From Paraphysomonas bandaiensis (taxonomy: Eukaryota; Protista; Chrysophyceae), in NCBI GenBank assembly GCA_965644295.1, contig CBFFRP010000084.1:1-14116 (forward strand): a DNA stretch of 14,116 nucleotides, read 5' to 3'. The notes beneath the pieces were generated by a model. It saw nothing but the letters and a program-made list of their open reading frames with translations, did no database searches and had not been told where the DNA came from. This document shows positions 1 to 9,800 of this stretch, one piece after another. The stretch's first letter is position 1. Every line of letters begins with the position of its first letter. The position numbers and the translations under genes were made by a program.

Positions 1-491
1 CGGTATACATATACAGCTGTATGTGCGAATACAGTACAGTACAAGATGAGGCAGCAGTACAGTGCAATCGTATAGTATCTATATACGATCTTCACACTAG
101 CTATAGAGGCTGTAGAGAATTGCTTAGTATAGCATACAGAGGGCGATGAAGACGGTGAAGATATGCTAGGTAGCATTGAGAAGGAAGTAAAGGTGAAATG
201 GGTTGGTATTTTAAGTGAATGTTTCATATGAGGAGTAAGAGGACTGTATTAAGTATTAAGTTAAGTACAGTCACTGTAGTGGTTGTGCTGTAGGTGTTGT
301 GTATATGCACAGGGATTGTACAGCTACAGGAGACAACCGAATACTCAGCGACAGAATGTATGCATGTATTGCCCCATATTGACAGCGTAACTAATCACTG
401 CGTGCGGCCCTCTAGTGGGTGCGGCTGAGTGCTACAACTACACTATGGTAATCATCAATGTGGCAATAATCAAGGAACTGTGAGAACTACC

Positions 492-1190
492 TCAGAAAAA
501 ATGAGGACATCTTCGGACCCGAAGTAAATAAATTTCTTGTTCTGTTAGACCAGTTAATTTTGGATTCCGCCTCTGAATTTGTTTATCAATTTCTGCCTTA
601 GTTTTTTGCCAACACCTCATTGTTTCATGGCCATCTGGTAGCATCTTCTTTTCCAGTATGTACTGATCAACAGTTTCGAGTGCTTCGGGTACACATGGAC
701 TGAATCTAGATTACATTCATTTCCTGTATGATGATTTCTGCTTTCCTCATCAACCACGTCGTCATGCGCTTAGCCCAATTGGGCACTCCGAATTGTTGAT
801 CAAAGATCAGTAACCACTTCATGCCACTTTTGTTATAACTATCACTCGCTACTATGTTCGAATTTGACATTTGACATATACCCCTTCAATAAAGTCGGAC
901 TCGCATCTTTTCGTGGTGCTCTGGGGGATAAGTACTGGAAACATTTCTCCAGAAAAATTACGAGTCAGCAGATAATCTTCTGCCCATACATAGCCATATT
1001 CTTGTGTGGGACAATGGACACTATATAAGTGTCACTTGTGTAGACATTTTTGGGCCTTGACGAATAAACAGGCATCCAAGAATAGACCCACCTCAAGGGC
1101 ATCCGGGGTATTGGGCTGCCTGCTGAAGTCAAGCATCCGTAGCGTTAAATAGTGGGATGCCATAGTTAAGCACTGACTCTTGAACTCCTA
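492..1190 (-). pseudogene. Possible degraded coding remnant of unknown family
   Basis: More balanced base composition than the AT-rich DNA at 1200-1900. Protein-like stretches occur in changing frames (FLEKCFQYLSPRAPRKDASPTLLKGYMSN, GMKWLLIFDQQFGVPNWAKRMTTWLMRKAE, PEALETVDQYILEKKMLPDGHETMRCWQKTKAEIDKQIQRRNPKL..RVRRCPHFF*). A 7-bp tandem duplication (862-875) separates the first two. No homology was recognised. Confidence 0.3.
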
Positions 1191-1216
1191 TAGCTAATAA
1201 TAAGACATTCACTACT
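1138..1216 (+). repeat. Dispersed direct repeat, copy A (pairs with 12502-12578)
   Basis: Manual alignment gives 66 of 79 columns identical (11 substitutions, 2 single-base gaps), same orientation. Confidence 0.85.
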
Positions 1217-1973
1217 GCATATCAGGATAAATCCTTCCAAGAAAGAATTCACTTTACAACATATATATTTATTTCATAAGTTTCACCTATGATGTGAACA
1301 AAAAGTAGTCCTATAATGTTTAATTATTAGTAATATATCAATATAGAATATAGCATTTGTTGTCTTCTCTTTTGAAATGGTATGATATTAACTCTTATAA
1401 ACATTTACTTAAACACCATAAAATCTCCTCGATTTTCCAATTCCCACACAATTGCAATATGTTTATCTCTTAGACAAACACGCACCATAAATTGAAATTA
1501 TATCCTTTGTAACTATATTCATGCTGTTTCATCTATTGCACATAAAAAATCATATCGTACAGCGGACTTAACATTGAACAGACAAAAATTCCAGTTATGA
1601 TGAGAAGTTCTTAGGTCTTATCCTTTTAATCTCATCATACGGTCACTATATACCATGCTCTATGATATACATTTTGTACTGTAAGTGGTACCATTCTCAT
1701 TGGAATCTTAATGACCACTTTAGTATACAGTGGAAATCTAAACATACTTTAAGCTACCAAAGAATTATTACAAGAATGTGCAGTTTATGATATATATAAC
1801 GGTATAACGCTCTTCTAAAGCATCAGGTGGGGGCTAGAAGTTTACTACATAGCAGCATAGTACTCTCTGGGCATCTGGTCACATCGAGTAAGATTCAAAG
1901 TTATAAGGCAACGGGATATTAATTGACCACCACAACTTGTACTATACAGAACTTAGCTATTAGTTTTGTTTAT

Positions 1974-3066
1974 CTATTTGCTACTTGATGTGTCGCTGCT
2001 TAAGAATAACGAATCGATATCGTCGTTAAATTGTCGAAGTTGAGCTTCCAATTCTCCCATATTCTTTTCCAGATTCAACCCATCGTTCAGGACCTACTCA
2101 AATTCCGACAATACACATAATAATACAAGGCCATCGGCTTAAAAAGAACAATAAAATACCTCTTGGTCATCTCCTTGAGCGTTTGACTCCTCACGCGCCT
2201 GTGACATTATTTCATTTGTTCGCTCTCATCAACAAAAGAATACGTAGAGGGTTCAATTATGTCAATATAAAATGTACGATCTACTACGTAGCCAAATCAA
2301 TTTCATAGCCTATATTGCACAGAGATATCACGCACAGGTACCCATTCCATTATTCTATTGTGACAGTCCGACGCATACAGTACCTGTAATTCAATTTTTT
2401 TGAACTTCGTTGTGTACTCACTCTCGTTTCGTCGCTTCTCCTGTTTTTCATCGTCTTCTTCATCCTGGTTGCTGCGAGGGGAACGCAAAAGGGTCTCAAG
2501 TGACTGCAGCTACATGATGTGTCACATATTTACAATTGAGGTTACGTCTACCCTGCTGCAGAAGTACCTTTGCTGTATTAGCAGTGTGTATTCTCGCTGC
2601 AACATTCGCTTCATCTTCAGTGTAAGGGTACTCAAAAGTTGGAATATCCTCAGGAAGCTCATCGCACTCATATTGGCTTCTATTCTCTTTCCACCTCTTC
2701 AAGTCTTCAAGTGCAGAGTCCATGTCACTGAGAAACATGCGATGCTCTAAGTCATCTCCTCCCTGCAGCAGAAACTATAACATATATACTACATCGTAAA
2801 CATCACCATACCATGTTAATTTTATCTTGTAATATATCTTCAATTAAGCTTGAATCATCAAGATAACCTTTACTTTCAGTACATGAGCTGTCTAGAGCCT
2901 GTGCTCCCACTAATCTTAAACGTGGTGTAGAAACAAACATTCCATCTGCTTCAAACTCATCATTTTTATCATCTCCATTCCAATCATCACTCCTTTCCGC
3001 TTCATCTTCAAATTCTTTTTCAATATCACTATTATTTTGATGTATATCTTCATTGTTTTGACTCAT
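1974..3066 (-). CDS. Spliced hypothetical protein, acidic and predicted helical/coiled-coil; likely exons 3066-2812, 2762-2568, 2509-2384, one uncertain segment, about 2198-2160, 2093-1974
   Basis: Three consecutive - strand ORFs join in frame through phase-0 GT-AG introns 2811-2763 (49 nt) and 2567-2510 (58 nt). A CAG|GTACTG donor lies at 2383. Intron 2159-2094 (66 nt) links AREESNAQGDDQE to VLNDGLNLEKNMGELEAQLRQFNDDIDSLFLSSDTSSSK*. The structure between 2383 and 2199 is ambiguous, and no domain was recognised. Confidence 0.7.
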
Positions 3067-3863
3067 TCTAACACTACTTTACTATTAAGTTACTAGAGAT
3101 GAGAACTATGAAATAACTGGATGGTAAGTTAATTATAATGATGAAACGATGATATGTAATGTGTCCCGCATGATAAGGGAATGGAATTAATCACTCTTAG
3201 TTTAGATGGAGTGATATCTAGTTATATATATGTCGTTAATACTTAAGAGGAAACTGTGAGTTGATATCTTGTACACACACATATAGAGCAGTCAGTACAT
3301 CAACTGTACATACAGTATTTTCCCGTTATTTTGTATATTTTGTTTACTTTAAAGCCTATAAAACTTATATTTTCTTACTTTTCCATAATTTTCTACTCCA
3401 AAAGCCATAATTCTTATCATTTCTAGATTCAAAATCGAAATATTAGATGCAAAAATCAAAGTACGTACGATATATCCTCAATTCACATTTCTTACGAATT
3501 TCCCAGAGTTTGTATGAACTGAAAATATCCATTCAAGATACTATCAAAAGTGTTGTATGCCTCGAATTCACTGACACTCATATGGTCTTGAAGGAATAAA
3601 AAGAAGTTCAAGATGAACCCATACTTCCGTCATCGCCAATATACACTTTCATCATATGATACTACGGAAATTTTGCAAGTAGGTAAATATACATAGAAAT
3701 CAACTGAAATTTTCAAGTTTAGGTTGTCATAATTACCATAATTAACTGATAGATCGGATATCTTCTATAAATTTATTACCTATCAAGTAGTACATTCATA
3801 GTGGGATATATGCCACTTTTATGAGATAGATGATGATGATTTAATTGATTTTATTGGGATACA
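3067..3863. promoter_or_regulatory. AT-rich intergenic region between divergent genes; candidate bidirectional promoter and 5' UTRs
   Basis: 797 bp separate the ATG at 3066 (-) from the ATG at 3864 (+). The region has no ORFs. The call is positional; no specific element was identified. Confidence 0.45.
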
Positions 3864-6800
3864 ATGACTGATGAAGGGAAGACAAGTATCTATGAAGGGG
3901 CAGATGTATGGAGTCTCTCAGATGACACAGAAGCTGTATGGAAGAAAGCAATAGTTAGAGATATTGGTGATATAGGAGATCTTGGAGGGAAAATAGAAGT
4001 TCATGTGGATTATTTGAATGGTGAAAGGGATATAATTAAGACCAGATATGAGGAGGATGAGGTCGATGAATTTCAGCATATTAAACCAAGAAGCTGTTGT
4101 CAATTTGATCAGATACCAGGATTAGATTTATCAGCATTACCAGTTATTAATGAACCGGAGATTGTGGAGTGTATGCAGCAATGTTTTAATGATAATATTC
4201 GTTATTTGTCTGTTGGTCCGGTGTTGATATCAATTAATCGACATGAGGTTATTCCTACTGTTGTCAACGAAAAGATGTACAAATCTTACTTTTTGATTGA
4301 CAAAGCACAACAAGACATGGTGAATCCTGTGCGTGCTGATGTGATAAACCTGGCCTATAGAAAGTACCTTAAGTTACATCCCGCCAACACTCCACTTCAG
4401 AGTGGGGGTAATCAGGCGGTCATAATGCTAGGGGAATCTGGAGCTGGAAAGTCCCGCTGTGCGCGGGAGCTCTGTAACCACATTGCCTTCATTGCGAATA
4501 AGCTTCGACGGCGCTCATCAACCGATACCTCATTTACTCCTGATATAAAGTTCTTCGATCAAGTCAATACCATTTTGGAGTCATTTGGTCACGCACAGAC
4601 GGTGAAAAACTCAAGCTCGTCAAGATTCTCCAAAGCGGTGAAGTTAACTTTCGATGAGAACACAGGGGCAATTAAAGGAGTCTTATTCCGCTGTTTTCAC
4701 TTGGAAATAGGTCGTGCGACCACTCAGTATCCTGGGGAATCAAATTACAACGTCTTTTTCGATGTATTCGACGACATATACTTCGCGGCCCAGGCGATGA
4801 GTAAGTACGGTATCGACAACCTTACGACTTTTAGATACGCTATGCACCGCCCTAAGACGGTGTTCCGTCCGGGTAAGTCGAGTTACAAGGATTTAGCTGC
4901 TGCATTGGATACGATCGCGAAAGTTCCCAAGGTGAAGCAGAATGCGTCAATTTTTGCTGTTTTAGCAGGAATTTTGCATCTTGGACAAATTGAGCTTGAG
5001 GAAGTAGATAACTATGGTGACGTGTCTACAGTTCTTTCTTCTGATCCGGCTAGTGTAGATCATATGAATAGAGTTTTTAAGTTACTGGGCATTTCACTGG
5101 AGGCACTTCTTGCTGTGATAGCGAAAAGGAATCTCAACTTCGCAGGAAACATCGTGGAGAAGAACTTAGACCTTGCAGAGTCCTTAGCAGCACGTGATAG
5201 CTTTGCGAGCCAGATGTACTCCGCACTGTTCCGATGGGTGATAAGCAAAATGAATTCGGGGATTGCGGAGTTGTTCAACTCTACAGATGAAGCCAGTGGT
5301 GGAGGTAGTCCTAGGAAGTCGGAAACCTCGTTCTCTGACAATGGAGATGCATTTGACAGTCCAGAATCATCTTTAGATAAGAACCAGTTCAGTATCTATG
5401 ACTTTACTGGGTTCGAATGCTTCGACAAGAATTCTCTTGAGCAGTTATGTGTCAACTACGCCAATGAGCGCCTGTATCAGTTCCTTAACCAAATGGTTTT
5501 TGTGCTTGACAAGGAGCTCTTCTACTCAGAGAATGTTAATGTAGGAGCCCTCACGTTCATAGACAATGCTTTAACTATACGCCTTATCGACAACAAATCA
5601 AATGGCATCTTTACAATTTGCGATGACCAATTGAAACTGAAATCTTCCACCTCTGATGAAAAGTTGGCGAGTATATTATACGCGCAGCACTCAAATAACA
5701 AAATGTTCATCGCTGGTCGAAATGAGCATAAGAACTGTCAATTTTTGATTCGGCACTACGTGTCGTTCGTTCGTTATGATGTAAATGGGTTTACAAATAG
5801 TAACAAAGTTGAGCCGGCTCAGGAAATACTGGAGTGTCTTCGATCGTCCACTATATCCTTTGTCCAGGAGGAGTTAGCCACATTTTGTGACATTCGGTCC
5901 TTGTTTAACCAGGCCCACTCCTCCGGTCTTGTTCCCCCTCCTTCCCTTGACCTCTCACCACCAAGAGCATCGTTTGGAGCTGGAAAGCAATCAAGTTCAC
6001 GAAATTTACTTGGTGGGCACTCCCGATCTCCCAGTTTACGGAATGTGATGCAAGAACGATCGCCGAGCCTACGTGGACACTCCTTCGAGCTAGCAGCGAA
6101 TGGCAACTCTCCTGTAACCGAGAATCGCCGTGATTCATTTTCACGGTCCAGGTCTGCTCACCCATCATTGGTACAGGATGGCTCCAGTCCATTTTCTGGC
6201 CGTCCCGGTCTTGGTCCCCGTTCTTCATCCATAATAAACAGGGGCGGGGCGAAAGTGTGCACCTTAACCTCTATGTTCTCGCTACAGATGGCAGAGGTTC
6301 TCGCAGAAGCAAAAGCTGCGGATACATCGTTTATGCTATGTATCAAACCGAATGACTCCCAGAACCCCACTCTTTTTGACCAGCGTATTGTGCTGCGGCA
6401 ACTACACCCTTTTGGGTGCGGAAGTATTTTGACATTTTACAAAAGGACATACCCCTATCGTATGGACCCAATATCATGGGTTAATCGGTACAGCCCCATC
6501 GCCGCGCTCGCTAAAAAGTCCAATCAGTTGACGTCTCAGTTTTTAACAGCTTTATGGGATTATAGGTCACATGGACTCGAGAGTCCATCGATAAAAGAGT
6601 GGAACGAGGTTGCCGGCCAACTGGTGCAAATATTACCGTATTTACCAGAACTCAAATCACTCTGTGCAAACGTGAAGGGTGTACAACAAAACGTGGGATA
6701 CACCATTAGCGATATCTGCACAGGCATTCGTGTAGGTGACAGTCATGTCATGATGACAGCAGTGTCGTACTATTACCTTAATGCTGCGCAACAGATGGCG
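3864..6800 (+). other. Myosin head: N-terminal SH3-like subdomain plus motor domain (divergent)
   Basis: GADVW..DTEAVWKKAIV (SH3-like); DLSALPVINEPEI..GPVLISIN; P-loop GESGAGKS at 4431-4454; LESFGHAQTVKNSSSSRFSK (switch I, 4608-4634); ILHLG; ARDSFASQMYSALFRWVI; switch II DFTGFE at 5400-5417 followed by NSLEQLCVNYANERL; FLIRHY..VRYD..GF; CIKPND; YPYR. The end coordinate is approximate. Confidence 0.95.
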
Positions 6801-9800
6801 GTCAAATTGATCGGCTGTCGTATTATGCATTTCTATCGAAGTCTCAGAGATAGTGCCCTACGCGAAGCTGCTATACGTATGCAGTGTCTGATTCGTTGCT
6901 ACATTGCCAAAGCACGCGTTCGGGATGCGAGAAAAAAATGGTATACTGTCATTAAAGTGCAGTCGATTGTTCGTGGCTTTCTCTCAAGGTTGGATAAATC
7001 GCGGGAGTCCCGAAGAGCGCGTAAAGAGTTCACCTCGAAAGTTATCAAAATTCAGGCAGTGTGGCGAGGTAGTTATATCAGGCACCGACTGGCTGTTATT
7101 CGTGATAGCGAGGCAGTTTATGGGAAGGCTGCACCTCTCCATTCATTAGGTTCGTTTGGAGCGTCTCGTACAGATAGCCATCGTGAAGATGTAGGTAATG
7201 TTGAGATCGAGGAGGTGTCAATGTCCGAGGAGGAGTCGATAAAGGAGCAAAGTGAAGAAGATGATTTCTCTCTAGAGCCTATTCAACTCAATGGCAATGC
7301 CTCGAATGATAAAGACACTAGGGATACAGGTGAAGAGAAAGTAGATTCTGTCAGTACCCAACACTACCACCATGAAACCTCGACTGAAAGTGTGACATCT
7401 CCTCCACAAGATGATACCACGGTGAGAGAGTCCACCACAATTGTTTCTCAGTACTCGTTTGGATCGGACACGAGAAGGTCATCATTCAACCCCCTATCTG
7501 TACCTGTATCTCGGACCCACCAAGCGAAGATCAGAGAACTACAGGCGACTATTGAAGCTCTGGAGGCGGAGAACTCACGTCTGAAGAGGAAACTGAAAGC
7601 AGAAGCTTCACCCGGTGAGGATGAAAAGCAGCAGGATGAGGACGAACACTATGTTGGACAGGATAAGGGGCCATACAGGAAAATGATATCGAATAGACAG
7701 TCCACCGTTGGGGAGTTCACTCCTCAAAGTGTATACGGCGGGGAATATGCTAGCCCACATACCATACAAAAGGTTGAAACGAGAAGACCAGAGTATGAGA
7801 TGTACATATCGCGGACATTAAAAGCGCTTGAAGATGATATCTCGTATCTGTTAGAACGTAAGTGTGTTTCGCATTCGCGGTGTGTTTTAAAAATGGTTCA
7901 TTTAGCGACCCCATTTTATAAGTTTGGAAGAAACGGAAGTGTACGGAAGACCCTGGTAATGATAACACCCGATTTTCAGTATTTGCAATGGAAGCCAAAG
8001 AATGTACTTCTCAAGTCGAGTAAGGACTGCAAAGGTGGTTTTAAATCGCTTCTCATTATTGTATACCTCACTAACTTGACATGTATATGTGCAGTTGATT
8101 TACGGCTAGTATGGAGACTGGTTGCTGGACAGTCTACGCCCCCTTTTGATGCATACAAGGGTGTGTCACATGGTCCAATGCCTCCTTCACGCTCTTTCTC
8201 ATTGGTTTATGGTTTCCGCTCGCTTGATTTGTGTGCCGTTGACGATGAAACCTATGAAGACTGGTTCGCCGGACTGCGATATATATTGCAGCTTATTAAT
8301 GGCGACCTGCAAGAAGCTGGAATCGACCGCCAGCTACTGCGTAAAAAATGGAATTTCTTGGATACGAAGCACCATGGTTTCTTGTCTCGTAGGGAAGTAA
8401 TTCAGCTAGTGTCCAATTTAGGTATCCAGTTTGACCGGGCAAGTTTTACGTCTGCGCTTTTACGTAGCACTATCGGCAATTCAACTCACGATGAAATAAC
8501 ATTCTCGCAATTTGATAGCCTGGTTTACCAGTTGCGAAGACGGTGAGTTTTTATAGAGTTGTGCACGTTGAATCTAATTCGTTCCTGTAGTCCGGATTTA
8601 GAGATCATATGGAGTAAGATACTGATCGGATACGATTTCTCACGTGATATCTTTCCTCTTCACGTGGATGGCGAGTTTGATACCGCCTTGCTTCATGAGG
8701 TGATTGGTATTCCGACGTTCAAACAGTTTTGGAAACTTTCCCAGGGTAGAGTGTTGACAAATGACGAAGCTCGCAAGATGATAGAGGAGGGTATGGGAGA
8801 AATGTATTCTGAAGACTTCCCTGTTTTATCATATAATGGGTTTATGAATATTATGACTAGTCATAAGAATGACGGGTTCGATCCTGTGCAGTCCGTGCCA
8901 TCTGCAAAAGATATGTCTCACCCGCTCCAGCACTACTATATTTCTACATCTGAAGGACTGACAGGAGACGTCCCCTACCATCAGGTGGATGATGATTCTT
9001 TGCTAGACGATCAACTACCAAACTGTTATGCGACTGCTATCGAGCAGGGATGTCGGGCTCTTGAACTGCGGTTGTTTGAGGACCGAATAAATCCCCGCGG
9101 AGAACAAACAGATTTGTACGTTGGGTCTAGCCGTGGTAGAGAAAGAGTTACTTTCAAAGGTTTGTCCTATGGTATTCACATGTTTTGTTGTGATATAGTT
9201 TATCAGATACCATTCTGTTTATTCAGCGGGTTGCCTTTGCGTACACTCAGTACCCATTGATTTTGATGATTGAAGTGTCTTGTGGAATCGCGCAACAGAA
9301 GCGAGCAGCTAGATTGCTCAAGAAGGTGTTTGGTGATGCGATATTCACTCCTGCTGAAGTTCAAAGCCAACTTCTACCATCACCCAACGAATTGAGGAAT
9401 AGGGTCATAATGTTTCTGACTCACCGTAAAAAAGATATTCAAACCGCCTATCGAGTGGACAATTCAGATATCGCTGCTGCATTATCGCCCTATGAATCGT
9501 TCGCCGACAATGGAAACAACCTGACCACCTCATCAGCTCCTTATGATGGGGAGTCTGAAGAGAAGGTCACAGAGTATGACTCCGAGAAAGAGTTCGCACT
9601 CAATTCGAAACTCAATACTGTGGAAGAAAACTCTCAAGGTAGCCCTGATCCGCGCAACTACGGTATTGTGGATGTTGAGTCATCCCTGCGCTCTGACTAC
9701 AAGAATCAAAGCGGTGTGGACGACAATGCTCGCGGTATTCATCCCAATTTAATGCGTTTACTACATTATTCCCATGGCATGCGTGTCGGTTGTCATCGTC

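Noticed and set aside
2400-2750. 116-aa + strand ORF
   Set aside because: It is antisense to the spliced - strand gene, and its S/F-rich content mirrors that gene's E/K/D codons.
5305-5364. Possible in-frame 60-nt intron in the Ser-rich insert before switch II
   Set aside because: Its composition is exon-like, and an earlier CAG at 5357-5359 would likely be used and would break the frame. It is more likely a coding loop insertion; RNA-seq would settle it.
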